From positions 1,342 to 65,341 of the forward strand of contig VFJJ01000023.1 in assembly GCA_009886115.1 (NCBI GenBank): a DNA stretch of 64,000 nt, given 5' to 3'. A model generated the notes under the pieces. That model had not been told where the DNA came from, made no database searches, and worked only from the letters and a program-made list of their open reading frames with translations. Numbering within the stretch: position 1 is the first letter of the stretch; the number at the start of each line of letters is the position of its first letter. The DNA is from Actinomycetota bacterium (GTDB taxonomy: Bacteria > Actinomycetota > Acidimicrobiia > IMCC26256 > VFJJ01). Below, in pieces: positions 1-9,694 of this stretch. The position numbers and the translations under genes are program-made.

Positions 1-343
1 CGCCGCGGCGCATCTGGTCGAAGCGCACCGGCTCGAAGCCGAACTCCTCGACGGGGCGCCCGACGACGGCGTTGAAGCCCACGTTAGGGAGCTCCTGGCC
101 GTCGTAGAGCCAGGCCTGGCTCCCGTCGGAGCGCTCGACGATTCGAGGCGCCCGGTCGGCGAAGCGAACCGGTACCCGTCCGGCGAAGGTGTCGGGCGGC
201 TCGACGACGTGATCGTCGGCCGAGATCACCGTGTAGCGCCGCGCGGCCCGCTCGGGCTCGGGCAGGAACGTCACCGTGCGGGCGTCGCCGGTTCGGGCCT
301 TGGTGAACGACAGGTCGCTGGCCAGATCGTCGATCGAACGCAT
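1..343 (-). CDS. amidohydrolase-family (TIM-barrel metal hydrolase) protein, N-terminal part only; 3' end outside window
   Basis: Absent from the ORF track because it is open at the window edge. Minus-strand ATG at 343-341 is preceded by GAGGAG. Hand translation MRSIDDLASDLSFTKARTGDARTVTFLPEPERAARRYTVISADDHVVEPPDTFAGRVP... resembles the N-termini of amidohydrolase_2 proteins. GC3 is high. Confidence 0.6.
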   Translation of the reverse strand, partial: MRSIDDLASDLSFTKARTGDARTVTFLPEPERAARRYTVISADDHVVEPPDTFAGRVPVRFADRAPRIVERSDGSQAWLYDGQELPNVGFNAVVGRPVEEFGFEPVRFDQMRRG

Positions 344-412
344 GACGTGCTCCTCGCTTCGTCGGCGATCCGCGGGCCCTCGGGTTCGGTGTGCGTGCTC
401 GCTCGGCCGCGC

Positions 413-805
413 TCAGGCTCCGGCGACGACAGCCGGGGCCATGGCCAGCATGCGCTTGACCGTGCGCCGCAACGTGCCCGGGTCGAACGGCTTCACGAGG
501 TAGTGCTCGACCGACACCCGTCCGGCCAGGAAGACATCGGCCTGGCGGTCGAGCAGCATCAGGATCTGGACTTCGGGCGCCCGGCCGCCCGAGGCCTCGA
601 GCTGGAGGTCCTTCACCACGGCGAAGCCGCCCATGTTGCCGATCTGGAGGTCGGCGATCACGAGGTCGGGGCGACGAGCCACGACGGTCGGGGTGACGGC
701 CGCTCCGTCGAACACGTCGATCACCTCGAAGCCGGGGCTCACGAGCGCGGCTCGCACGTCGTCGTGGACCCAGTGCGCGTCGGCGGCGACGAGAATCAGC
801 GGCAT
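413..805 (-). CDS. stand-alone response-regulator receiver domain protein
   Basis: 130 aa with receiver hallmarks: DLVIADLQIGNMGG (phospho-Asp region) and LVKPF (conserved Lys). No output domain. Confidence 0.8.
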   Translation of the reverse strand: MPLILVAADAHWVHDDVRAALVSPGFEVIDVFDGAAVTPTVVARRPDLVIADLQIGNMGGFAVVKDLQLEASGGRAPEVQILMLLDRQADVFLAGRVSVEHYLVKPFDPGTLRRTVKRMLAMAPAVVAGA

Positions 806-888
806 GACGCGAGCCTAACCCACGACCGATCTCGGGTCTCCGCCTGCCCGAACGCGCCCGAGTCGAAACAGAGAGTCGACACAGAGAG

Positions 889-2076
889 TCAACACAGATA
901 CGAGGCGATCTCGGCGAGCGCGTCGAGATCGGCCACCTCGCGTTCGAGGACGGGCACCTCGACGACGAGGTCGGGGCGGCCGATGCGCTCGACGATGGGG
1001 GCGACGGCCGCCCGCTCGGCCCGGACCAACTCGGCCAACGACGCCACCATGGTGCAGGCGTCGGCTGGGCCGGCCTGGTCGACCAGGTCGAGGGCCTCGG
1101 CCCGGGCTCGCCAGGTCGCGACCACGTGCTCGAGCGCGTCGCTCGCGGGCCCGACGGGAACCCCCACCGGCACGGGGACCTCCACCAGGAGAGGATGGAC
1201 CCGGTTCACCACGAGCGCTCCGATGTCGATCCCGGTGGCGCGCAGGCGATCGGCGAAGAAGCAGGCTTCCTCGACGGCATCGGGCCGCGGCGAGGTGACG
1301 AGGACGAACCCGGCCTGGTCGCTCTCGAGGAGTCGCAGCACCTCCAACGACCGGGTCCGGAATCCCTCCTCCATGCCCTCGAAGGCGCGAAAGAACGCCA
1401 TGACGTCGTCGACGACGGCCGTCCCCACGACCTTGGCGACGACCTTCATGAACGCCCCGAGCGCGGCGCCGGCCGCTCGCATCGACATGCGGGTGGGCCC
1501 CATCATCATCCGGAAGACGCGATTGTCGAACAGTCGGACCAGGCGGTTGGGCGCGTCGAGGAAGTCCAGCGCGTGCCGTGACGGCGGGGTGTCGACGACG
1601 AGCACGTCGAACGCGTCGTCGGCGTGGAGCTGGTGCAGCTTCTCCATCGCCATGTACTCCTGCGTGCCCGACAGGACCGTGGAGATGTTGCGGTACAGGC
1701 GGTTCGCGAGGATGCGTTCGCCCTGGTCGGGGGTCGCCGCGTGGGCGATCACCAGCTTGTCGAAGGTGCTCTTGGTGTCGAGCATGAGCGCTGCGAGCGA
1801 TCCGCCAGCGACGGCCGTGCCCGACGGGTCCCACCGCGACGCGTCGATCAGCGCCGGTTCGTCGGAAAGCCCGTCGAGCCCGAGCGCCGAAGCCAGACGT
1901 TTCGCCGGGTCGATCGTCACGACGGCCACCCGGCGGCCCGAGCGCGCCGCGGCCAGTGCCAATGCGGCGGCGGTCGTGGTCTTGCCCACACCCCCGGTAC
2001 CGCAACAGACCACGATCTGCCGGCTCGCGAGCAGCGCGGGCAGCGGCGAACGCGAGGCGAAGCCGTCGACGGTCAT
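889..2076 (-). CDS. ArsA/Get3-like P-loop ATPase
   Basis: Deviant Walker A CCGTGGVGKTT and ArsA-type core (VVTIDPAKRL, DxxVVDTPP). ATGA overlap with the upstream paralog. Confidence 0.85.
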   Translation of the reverse strand: MTVDGFASRSPLPALLASRQIVVCCGTGGVGKTTTAAALALAAARSGRRVAVVTIDPAKRLASALGLDGLSDEPALIDASRWDPSGTAVAGGSLAALMLDTKSTFDKLVIAHAATPDQGERILANRLYRNISTVLSGTQEYMAMEKLHQLHADDAFDVLVVDTPPSRHALDFLDAPNRLVRLFDNRVFRMMMGPTRMSMRAAGAALGAFMKVVAKVVGTAVVDDVMAFFRAFEGMEEGFRTRSLEVLRLLESDQAGFVLVTSPRPDAVEEACFFADRLRATGIDIGALVVNRVHPLLVEVPVPVGVPVGPASDALEHVVATWRARAEALDLVDQAGPADACTMVASLAELVRAERAAVAPIVERIGRPDLVVEVPVLEREVADLDALAEIASYLC

Positions 2077-3023
2077 ACGACGTCGGGGGCGAGGGCGACG
2101 ATGCCCTCGACGAAGGCGTCGGTGAGCGCCTCGAGATCGGCAGGGCCCAACGTGGCGCCGAACCGGAACGGCAGCGGGATCTGGGCGAGAGGCAACAGGT
2201 CCGCCAATCGTCGAACCTGCACGTCTTGGCGCTCGCGACGCGCAGCCGCGAACCCGATGCTGCGCTCAGCGACGGCGAGATCGTCGGCGGTCACGGTGAT
2301 GCCGGCGGCCCGGGCCCCGGCCCGGAACAACCGAGGCGTGCACGGCACCGGCGGTGGCCACATGCCGTTGACGACGACGGGCCCGAGCGTGACACCGGCC
2401 CGGTCCTCGAGCGCGAACGCCGTCTCCACGACCTCGGCGACGGGTGTCTCCTCGGGCAGGGTGACGAGGCTCACCCGGCACCGCGCCGGGTCGGTGAGGA
2501 GCGCCGCGACATCGGCGGCCTGCTTGGCGATGGGGCCGGTCGCCATGGCGTCGAGCAGACCCACCGCCGAGGTGAGGAACGTGATCGCGTGACCCGCGGC
2601 CGGTGCGTCGACCACGATGAGATCGGCGGCCCGGGCCTGCTCGAGCTGCTTGACCTTGCCCAGCACGAGGATGTCCTTCATCCCGGGAACCGAGGCGGCC
2701 ACGACCTCGAGCGCTCCCGTCGATCGCAGGCGCTTCGAGATCGGCCTCATGCCGTGGTCGTCGAGGTACTCGACGAGGGCCTGGTCGGGCGACAGCGTCC
2801 GACCGCGGATGCCCGGCGCCAGTAGCGTCTCCTCGTACCCGAGAGCTGGCCGATCGAACAACGTGGCCAGCCACGACTTGCCCTCCACCTCGACGATGAG
2901 CACGCTCAAACCCGCACGGGCCGCGGTCTGGGCGAGTGCGGCGGTCACCGTCGTCTTGCCGACCCCGCCCTTGCCAGCGACGATCACGACCCGGGACGCC
3001 GAGCAGAACTGCTCGAGCTTCAT
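2073..3023 (-). CDS. ArsA/Get3-like P-loop ATPase (paralog, first gene of the pair)
   Basis: VIVAGKGGVGKTTVTAAL Walker A and LIVVDAPAAGH. Translationally coupled to 889..2076. Confidence 0.85.
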   Translation of the reverse strand: MKLEQFCSASRVVIVAGKGGVGKTTVTAALAQTAARAGLSVLIVEVEGKSWLATLFDRPALGYEETLLAPGIRGRTLSPDQALVEYLDDHGMRPISKRLRSTGALEVVAASVPGMKDILVLGKVKQLEQARAADLIVVDAPAAGHAITFLTSAVGLLDAMATGPIAKQAADVAALLTDPARCRVSLVTLPEETPVAEVVETAFALEDRAGVTLGPVVVNGMWPPPVPCTPRLFRAGARAAGITVTADDLAVAERSIGFAAARRERQDVQVRRLADLLPLAQIPLPFRFGATLGPADLEALTDAFVEGIVALAPDVV

Positions 3024-3080
3024 CGGGTCCCATGCTACGGGCAGCCCTCATCGGCACCCGTCCCCGAGCCCACGGTACCG

Positions 3081-4796
3081 ATGACGACCTCACCCCACCT
3101 CCCCGTCCCCCGCCGCCCCTCCCGCCGACTGATCGGCGCGCTCCGCTCGATCCGCGAGTTCCGCGAGTTCCGCGAGTTCCGCGCGATCCGCGAGTTCCGC
3201 GTGACCCGGGCGCTCGCGGGCGGAGCGATCCTCCTCGGCGTGCTCTCCGCGGTCGGAGCCGCGTCGGCCGGAGCTCAGACCGAAGCGACCACGGCGACGT
3301 CGTCGACCACTCCTGCCACGGGTGACACGACGCAGGTCGACGAGTGCTCGACGGCCGCTGCGGCGTCGTTCGAGCCCGGGGCCGATCCGGGCAACAAGGT
3401 GATCCGGGTCGTGCAGGTCGAGGGCTTCCTGGATCCGGTCAACGCCGACCTCGTCACCAGCACCCTGCGCGACGCCGATCCGTCCGACACCACCCTGGTC
3501 GTGCTCCAGGTCGACTCCGAGGGCGCTCTCGACATCGACGTCGCCGATCTCGTGGCTGCGGTGCGGGACGCTCGCGTCCCGGTAGCGGCCTGGGTCGGAC
3601 CATCAGGCAGTCAGGCCCGGGGCGCGGCCGCCCTGCTCGTGCAGGCGGCGCCGATCGCCGGGGTGGCCCGCGGCTCGCAGCTCGGTCCGCTGTTCCCGCT
3701 CTCGCTCGACGGCGACACGGCCGCGGAACGCTCGGAAGCCGTCGAGTCGCTGCGAGCGGGCAACTCGGTGCACGGGCGCCCGCCGACGGTCGCCGACGCC
3801 CTCATCGACGGCCAGCGGGTCGGCGTGGGCGAGGCCGAACGGTCGGGCGCGACGGAGTGCGACACCTCCACCGTCGGCGGCCTCATCGTGAACCTGCACG
3901 GCGTCGTCGTCGACACGCCCGACGGGCCGATCACGCTCTCGACAGCCAAGCTCGACGAGTTCGAGGGCCGACCGACCCGGGTCGCCAACCAGGACGTCGT
4001 GTTCTCGAAGCTCTCGCTCGACAAGCGCTGGGTCCACACGTTCACGAGCCCGTCGATCACGCTGCTGTTGTTCATCGCGGGGCTGTGCCTGGTGATGTTC
4101 GAGTACTACACCGCCGGTGTCGGCCTGGCCGGCGTCACCGGGGCGGCATGCCTGGTGGCCTCCTTCGCCGGGTTCGCTCACCTCCCGGTGCACTGGTGGG
4201 CCATGGCGTTGATCCTCGTGGCGTTCGTGGTCTTCGCGGTCGAGCTCCAGGTGGGCACGATCGGCCCGTACACGGCCACGGGCGCCGTGCTGCTCGTGGT
4301 GGGGTGCTGGAACCTCTTCGCGGGCTCGTCGAGGCTCGACCCGCCCGTGTGGGTGTTCGCCATCGTGATCGTCTCGACGATCGCGTTCATGGTCGGCGGC
4401 ATGACCGCGATGATCAGGGCGCGCTTCTCGACGCCGACGATCGGACGGACCTCGCTCGTGGGCGAGGAAGGTACCGCCATCGACGACGTCGCACCCGAGG
4501 GGATCGTCGAGGTCCGCGGGGCCCGCTGGCGAGCGCTCACCAACCGCGCCACACCGATTCGCGCCGGCGAGGTGGTCAGGGTCGTCGCCGTCGACGGCTT
4601 CGCGCTCGAGGTCGAGCCCGAGGCCGGCGGAGCCCGCGACTACCGCGAGCGCCGCAAGCCCGCCCCGGCAGCCGAAACCGACGAAACCGACGAAACCGAC
4701 GAAGCGATCGTTGAGCTCGTCGCGGGCGAAGGTCGCGACAGCACCGACGTCGGCGCGACCGACCCGGTGGAAGCAGCCGACGCCCGTCAGCCCTGA
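3081..4796 (+). CDS. NfeD-like membrane-bound serine protease family protein
   Basis: ClpP-like N-terminal domain (VVQVEGFLDPVNADLV), several TM helices and a C-terminal NfeD OB-fold-like segment (VVRVVAVDGFALEVE). Carries 9-bp in-frame repeats near both ends. Confidence 0.7.
   Translation: MTTSPHLPVPRRPSRRLIGALRSIREFREFREFRAIREFRVTRALAGGAILLGVLSAVGAASAGAQTEATTATSSTTPATGDTTQVDECSTAAAASFEPGADPGNKVIRVVQVEGFLDPVNADLVTSTLRDADPSDTTLVVLQVDSEGALDIDVADLVAAVRDARVPVAAWVGPSGSQARGAAALLVQAAPIAGVARGSQLGPLFPLSLDGDTAAERSEAVESLRAGNSVHGRPPTVADALIDGQRVGVGEAERSGATECDTSTVGGLIVNLHGVVVDTPDGPITLSTAKLDEFEGRPTRVANQDVVFSKLSLDKRWVHTFTSPSITLLLFIAGLCLVMFEYYTAGVGLAGVTGAACLVASFAGFAHLPVHWWAMALILVAFVVFAVELQVGTIGPYTATGAVLLVVGCWNLFAGSSRLDPPVWVFAIVIVSTIAFMVGGMTAMIRARFSTPTIGRTSLVGEEGTAIDDVAPEGIVEVRGARWRALTNRATPIRAGEVVRVVAVDGFALEVEPEAGGARDYRERRKPAPAAETDETDETDEAIVELVAGEGRDSTDVGATDPVEAADARQP
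3150..3203 (+). repeat. 9-bp tandem repeat, about 6 units (consensus TTCCGCGAG), in frame in the nfeD-like 5' end
   Basis: Read directly: atccgcgag ttccgcgag ttccgcgag ttccgcgcg atccgcgag ttccgcgtg. Encodes IREFREFREFRAIREFR. Confidence 0.9.
4673..4699 (+). repeat. 9-bp tandem repeat x3 (GAAACCGAC), in frame in the nfeD-like 3' end
   Basis: gaaaccgac repeated three times, encoding ETDETDETD. A degenerate fourth unit follows. Confidence 0.9.
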
Positions 4797-4884
4797 GGAC
4801 ACCGAGACCCGCCTGTCCGCGCCGCGCCCGCCCCACTCGGCCGACGGGTGGTGCAGGGCCCAGCGGATCAGGGGCACGACCCTC

Positions 4885-4913
4885 TTGTGGAGGCGATCGC
4901 GCCGGGATACGTT
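4885..4913 (+). promoter_or_regulatory. candidate sigma-70-type promoter of whiB (TTGTGG-N17-TACGTT)
   Basis: Hexamers read by eye with a 17-nt spacer, about 34 nt upstream of the GTG start. No experimental support. Confidence 0.35.
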
Positions 4914-4946
4914 CGCGGCATTCGAGCGAGATCCCTGGGGGCAGCC

Positions 4947-5210
4947 GTGAGCGTCGCAACGCTCGTCCGTGAAGCTTGGCAGCATCGGGCGTCGTGCCGC
5001 GGCCCCGAAACGTGGCTGTTCTTCCCTCCGAACCACTTCGAGCGCAAGGACGACAGGGACGAGCGCGAGACCCGGGCCAAGGCGGTCTGTCGCAGGTGCC
5101 CGGTGCGCAAGGAATGCCTCGAGTTCGCACTCAGGATTCGCGAGCCCTACGGCATCTGGGGCGGCCTCACCGAGATCGAGCGGCGTGATCTGTTGCTCCG
5201 CCAGCAGTGA
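4947..5210 (+). CDS. whiB: WhiB-family Fe-S redox-sensing transcription factor
   Basis: Four Cys pattern (C...CRRCPVRKEC) and the GIWGG turn. Track ORF trimmed to the GTG at 4947. Confidence 0.85.
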   Translation: MSVATLVREAWQHRASCRGPETWLFFPPNHFERKDDRDERETRAKAVCRRCPVRKECLEFALRIREPYGIWGGLTEIERRDLLLRQQ

Positions 5211-5229
5211 ACCGCCCGGCGGCCGAGCC

Positions 5230-7122
5230 TCAGGCCCGGGGGCCGAGGGTACGGTCGTCGCCGGCTCGACGGGTCACACCGGTCTTGTCGAGGTGACCGA
5301 GGATCGCCAGCACGTACTTCCGGCTCGAACCGAGGACGTCACGTGCTGCGGCGACCGTGATCGACCCGTGCTCTCGGATGGCTCGGACCACGAGCGTGCG
5401 GGCCGTCTCGAGGGCCTCGGCCGACAGCACCACGCCTTCGAGGTCGACGAGCTGCCCTGAACGCAGGAGCGCCCGCACGATCTCGGGCCTGACCCCGAGT
5501 TCCGCGGGCGCCGGAGGGGTGAACGGGGCCTCGGCGAAAGCGGCGAGCAGGCGAACGGCGTCGGGATCGTCGGCCGCGACCACGTTGTGCGAACGCAGCC
5601 GGGCGCGGCCTCGTTCAACGACGAGGTCCTTGACGTCGGCCAGCGCGGCCTCGATCTGATCGGGGAGCGCCCTGAGCCGAGCGGCCAGGGCGGTGAGCTC
5701 CAGCCCCGGTTCGAGCGGGAGATCCTTGTGGTGCTTGACGATCAGCGGCCGAGCGTCGGATCGCAGCCTGTCGAGCACGGCCAGGTCGACCAGATTCGAT
5801 CCCCGCCTGACCGCTCGCCCCTCGGCCACGAGCTCGTCGCCGAGCTTCGCGGCGCCGCTGCGGTCGAGCCCGGCGAGGCGGGGCAGATCGGTGGCCGGCA
5901 GCCAGCCGTGCGAACGCAGCAGGCGCTCGCCCAGTGGCAGGGCGAGACGCTCGGGAGCCAAGCGGGCGCGAGCCGTGGGGGCCACGTCGAGCACGACGGC
6001 ACCACCCACGGTGCTCTGCCGGCCCGGGTCGCGCAGCACGAGCCGATCGCCCGGCTGCAGGGGGAGCAACGCCGAGAGGAACACCCGCGCGTACCGCGGC
6101 ACCGGCCTGTCGCCAGCACCGCCGCTCACTCCACCCCCGGCACTTCCGGCGGTGTCGCTGGGGCCCAGGAGTCGCACCGCGGCGTCGAGCTCGCCCGAGC
6201 CGACGTACACCTTCAGTCGGCTCCGTACGGGGAGCTCGACACCGGCCAGCAACGACAGCTCGACGTCGACGACCCGAGGCTGGACCCACTGGCCCTCGCG
6301 AACGACGGCGTCGCCCCGACGGAGCTGGTCGTGGTCGATGCCAGCCAGGTTGAGCGCCACCCGAGCTCCCGGGGCAACCCGTTCGACCTTGCGGTGATGA
6401 CTCTCGATCCCACGGATCCGGGCCTTGCGGGAGCCGGGGACCACGACGACCTCGTCGTCGATGGCGAGCGCCCCCCCGGTGAGCGTGCCCGTGACGACCG
6501 TTCCGGCACCCTTCGAGGCGAACACCCGGTCGACCCACAGACGCGGACGGCCGCTGTCGCGAGGTGCCGGCGCCCCCGCGAGCAGGGTCACGAGCCCGGC
6601 GCGCACGTCGTCGATCCCGCGACCTGACTTCGAGTCGCAGGCCACCACCACCGCCCCGTCGAGCGTCGTTCCTTCGAGATGCTCGAGGATCTCCAGCTCG
6701 GCGATCTCGACGGTCTCGGCATCGACCAGATCGGCCTTGGTGATCACGACGATCGCGTGATCGACGTCGAGCAGGTCGAGGATGCGCAGGTGCTCCTCCG
6801 ACTGGGGCATCCAGCCCTCGGTCGCGGCCACCACGAGCATGGCCGCGTCGACGCCGCCCACCCCGGCGAGCATGTTCTTGAGGAACCGCACGTGACCGGG
6901 CACGTCGACGAAGGCCAGGTCGATCCCCGACTCGAGGCGCGTGAAGGCGAAGCCGAGGTCGATCGTGAGCCCCCGCTGCTTCTCCTCGGCGAGCCGGTCG
7001 GGATCGGTGCCCGTGAGCGCGAGCACGAGCGACGACTTGCCGTGGTCGATGTGCCCCGCGGTCGCCACGACCCGGGTGGCGCCGGGGCCCTCTTCCGGTG
7101 CGCCCGCAGCGGGTTGGCTCAC
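5230..7122 (-). CDS. selB: selenocysteine-specific translation elongation factor SelB
   Basis: GTPase motifs [15 protein letters not shown] and ITKADL. C-terminal winged-helix tail ([18 protein letters not shown]). The 829-aa track ORF is trimmed to the GTG at 7122, which overlaps the selA stop (GTGA). Confidence 0.9.
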   Translation of the reverse strand: MSQPAAGAPEEGPGATRVVATAGHIDHGKSSLVLALTGTDPDRLAEEKQRGLTIDLGFAFTRLESGIDLAFVDVPGHVRFLKNMLAGVGGVDAAMLVVAATEGWMPQSEEHLRILDLLDVDHAIVVITKADLVDAETVEIAELEILEHLEGTTLDGAVVVACDSKSGRGIDDVRAGLVTLLAGAPAPRDSGRPRLWVDRVFASKGAGTVVTGTLTGGALAIDDEVVVVPGSRKARIRGIESHHRKVERVAPGARVALNLAGIDHDQLRRGDAVVREGQWVQPRVVDVELSLLAGVELPVRSRLKVYVGSGELDAAVRLLGPSDTAGSAGGGVSGGAGDRPVPRYARVFLSALLPLQPGDRLVLRDPGRQSTVGGAVVLDVAPTARARLAPERLALPLGERLLRSHGWLPATDLPRLAGLDRSGAAKLGDELVAEGRAVRRGSNLVDLAVLDRLRSDARPLIVKHHKDLPLEPGLELTALAARLRALPDQIEAALADVKDLVVERGRARLRSHNVVAADDPDAVRLLAAFAEAPFTPPAPAELGVRPEIVRALLRSGQLVDLEGVVLSAEALETARTLVVRAIREHGSITVAAARDVLGSSRKYVLAILGHLDKTGVTRRAGDDRTLGPRA

Positions 7123-8498
7123 CGGCCGACCACCCCGTCGAGCACCGTGACCAGGGCCTGGATCAGCGTGCTGTCGTCGGCGGGAGCCACGGTCCGCAGG
7201 TCGCACACGACGGCGCTGCCCTCGATGCGAGCCACGATCCCCAAGCGCCGCAACGACCGCGCGGCTCGCTCGACGTCCGAGCCCGAGTCGAGATCGACGA
7301 CCACCCCGACCGACGGGATCGTCAGCCCCGGGAGCGATCCCCCGCCGGCGACGGCCTCGGTCTCGGCCACCTTCGCCCGTCCGGAGCAGGCCGCTGCGAT
7401 GCGACCGGCGCGCAGCAGCAACCCGTCGATCGGAGCGCAGGCCATGCGCCACAAGGGGATCCGGGTGGCGTCGCCATCGAGGTAGGCGAGCATCGTGTCT
7501 TGGAGGGCCGCCAGGGTGAGCTTGTCGGCGCGAACGGCCCGGGCCAACGGATGACGGGCGACGGTGTCGATCAGGTCGCGGCGACCGACGACGATCCCGG
7601 CCTGGGGACCGCCCAGCAGCTTGTCGCCCGAGAACGTCACCAGGGCCGCGCCGGCGTCGAGGCACTGGCGCACGCCGGGTTCGTCGCCGAGCCACGCCGG
7701 ACGCCCGCCAGGCAACCACGGGGTGGTCTCGTCGAGCAGGCCCGAACCCGCGTCGACGACGACAGGCGGCCCGAGGGTGGCCAGCTCGGCGATCGAGGCT
7801 GCCTCGACGAAACCGATCATCCGGTAGTTCGAAGCATGGATCTTGAGGAGCATGGCGGTGGCGTCGGTCGTCGCGCGCTCGTAGTCGGCTCGGCGGGTGC
7901 GGTTCGTGGTGCCCACCTCCACCAGGCGAGCCCCCGACTCGGCCATCACCTCGGGGACCCGGAACCCACCGCCGATCTCGACGAGCTCACCCCGCGACAC
8001 CACCACGTCGCGGCCGCGAGCCAGCGCGGCCAACACGAGGAGCACCGCGGCCGCGTTGTTGTTGACCACGATTCCGGCCTCGCCGCCGCAGGCCCGGGCG
8101 ACGAGCGCTCCGGCATGATCGTGACGTGAGCCCCGGCGACCGTCGTCGGTCCGGTACTCCAGGTTGGAATAGCCACCCCCGACCGCGGCCGCGGCCGCCA
8201 GCGCCGAAGCTCCGATCGGCGCCCGGCCCAGGTTGGTGTGCACGAGCACGCCGGTGGCGTTGACGAGCGGCCGTAACAGCCCGTCCTCGACTGCCGCCAG
8301 GCGATCGGCTGCGACTCGTGCGACCTCGTCGTGCGAGACGGCGTCGCCGGCCAGCACCCGCGCCCGGGCCACCTCGACGGCGTCTCGAGCCGCGTCGACG
8401 ACCAGCATCCTCGGCAGAGGTGTCGAACCCGGCGCGTTGACGAGGAGCTCGATCACTCGCTCGACCGACGGCAGGGAACGACGCGGGTCGGCCGTCAT
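7119..8498 (-). CDS. selA: L-seryl-tRNA(Sec) selenium transferase SelA
   Basis: 459 aa with a SelA-like N-terminus ([11 protein letters not shown]) and the PLP-lysine region [13 protein letters not shown]. Confidence 0.9.
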   Translation of the reverse strand: MTADPRRSLPSVERVIELLVNAPGSTPLPRMLVVDAARDAVEVARARVLAGDAVSHDEVARVAADRLAAVEDGLLRPLVNATGVLVHTNLGRAPIGASALAAAAAVGGGYSNLEYRTDDGRRGSRHDHAGALVARACGGEAGIVVNNNAAAVLLVLAALARGRDVVVSRGELVEIGGGFRVPEVMAESGARLVEVGTTNRTRRADYERATTDATAMLLKIHASNYRMIGFVEAASIAELATLGPPVVVDAGSGLLDETTPWLPGGRPAWLGDEPGVRQCLDAGAALVTFSGDKLLGGPQAGIVVGRRDLIDTVARHPLARAVRADKLTLAALQDTMLAYLDGDATRIPLWRMACAPIDGLLLRAGRIAAACSGRAKVAETEAVAGGGSLPGLTIPSVGVVVDLDSGSDVERAARSLRRLGIVARIEGSAVVCDLRTVAPADDSTLIQALVTVLDGVVGR

Positions 8499-8766
8499 CG
8501 TGGGCGGGGGCCCGTGGGGCGCGACGGGAGCGGGTCGTGACGGTCGAGGCCTACCTGGTGCGCCATGGTGCGGGGAGCGTAGATGCGTCGACGGGGCTGC
8601 GGCGCTGCGACCCCGAGCGGGCCCCTCCGTACGTGACGCCGGAGGCGAGACCCGTTTCCCCGTACAATGTCATGGTGAGCTGCGCCGAGGTGTCCGGGGT
8701 GAGCGCTCGATCTCGACGATCCGTCGGTCCGAACTGCGATTCGACGGCCCGTCCCGAGCGCGCACG

Positions 8767-9666
8767 ATGAGCGACCCCGACAGCGCGCGCCTCGACGTGG
8801 ATACCGATGCGCAGCTGCACGGCGTGGCCGTCGATCCCGCGTTCGCGGGAGCCGAGGTCCCCCCGGCACTCGACGCGGCGACGATCATGGTCGTGCGTGA
8901 CGACCCCGACCTCGAGGTGTTGATGCTCCGGCGCAACGCCGAGTCGACGTTCGTCGGTGGGGCCATGCTGTTCCCGGGCGGCGCCGTCGACCCCGACGAT
9001 GCCCATCCCACCTTCGCCCACCTGGGCCACGGGATCGACGACGTCCACGCCAGCACGATCACGGGCGTGCCCGCCCAGGGGCTCCGGTTCTGGATCGCCG
9101 CCGTGCGCGAGTGCTTCGAGGAGGCCGGCGTGCTGCTCGCCTCCGAAGCCGGCGGCGAGCCGCTGCGACGAGACCTCGGCGGCCACCGCGCTGCCGTCGA
9201 CCGGGGCGAGCGGACGTTCTCCTCGTTCGTCGCCGAGGAAGGGCTCCGGCTCGACCTCGAGCCGATCCACTACTTCGGCCATTGGATCACCCCCCGGGGG
9301 CGGCATCGCCGCTACGACACGCGGTTCTTCGTGGCAGCCGCCCCCGAGCACCAGGAGCCGTCGCACGACGATCGCGAAGCCGTGGCGTGGGAGTGGGTGC
9401 GCCCGAGCGACATGCTCGAACGCAGCCGCGATCGGCAGGCATGGATGCTCCCCCCGACCGTGGCCTGCCTCGAGACGTTGTCGCGCTTTCACCGATCGGC
9501 GTCGCTCCTCGAGCACGCCGGCGCAGCCAACGCCCGTCCCGCACGAGCGCCGGGCCTGGTCGAGCACCTGGGCGGGGTCCGCATCCGCCTCCCCGACGAT
9601 TCAGCCGACCCGGCCACCGAGATCGACGACCACTCCCTGTACCTCCGCAGCCTGGCGGTCGGTTGA
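8767..9666 (+). CDS. NUDIX-family hydrolase
   Basis: Nudix box region GGAVDPDD...AAVRECFEEAGVLL. Start set at the ATG at 8767 inside a longer shadow ORF. Confidence 0.75.
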   Translation: MSDPDSARLDVDTDAQLHGVAVDPAFAGAEVPPALDAATIMVVRDDPDLEVLMLRRNAESTFVGGAMLFPGGAVDPDDAHPTFAHLGHGIDDVHASTITGVPAQGLRFWIAAVRECFEEAGVLLASEAGGEPLRRDLGGHRAAVDRGERTFSSFVAEEGLRLDLEPIHYFGHWITPRGRHRRYDTRFFVAAAPEHQEPSHDDREAVAWEWVRPSDMLERSRDRQAWMLPPTVACLETLSRFHRSASLLEHAGAANARPARAPGLVEHLGGVRIRLPDDSADPATEIDDHSLYLRSLAVG

Positions 9667-9694
9667 GGCCGACCCCGAACACCCTGGAGCCCCG

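Noticed and set aside
209-2125. 638-aa plus-strand ORF, along with many similar Arg/Pro/Gly/Ala-rich ORFs throughout the track.
   Set aside because: It lies antisense to two well-supported ArsA-like genes. The composition (R/P/G/A/S-rich with no motifs) is typical of shadow ORFs in about 70% GC DNA.
5230-7719. 829-aa ORF read as a single SelB protein.
   Set aside because: The first 199 codons (up to the GTG at 7122) are Arg-rich and overlap selA out of frame. GTPase homology begins at about residue 217, and a GTG at 7122 overlaps the selA stop.
8499-8766. Looked for selC in the 268-bp gap upstream of selA. A 96-nt minus-strand stretch (about 8566-8661) begins GGGGA, ends TCCCCGCACCA and contains a TCA.
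   Set aside because: Only 5 acceptor base pairs form. The TCA sits in a 10-nt loop without U33, and there is no T arm. The real tRNA-Sec is at 40149. The region does contain a good -10-like TACAAT (8663-8668), probably the NUDIX gene promoter.
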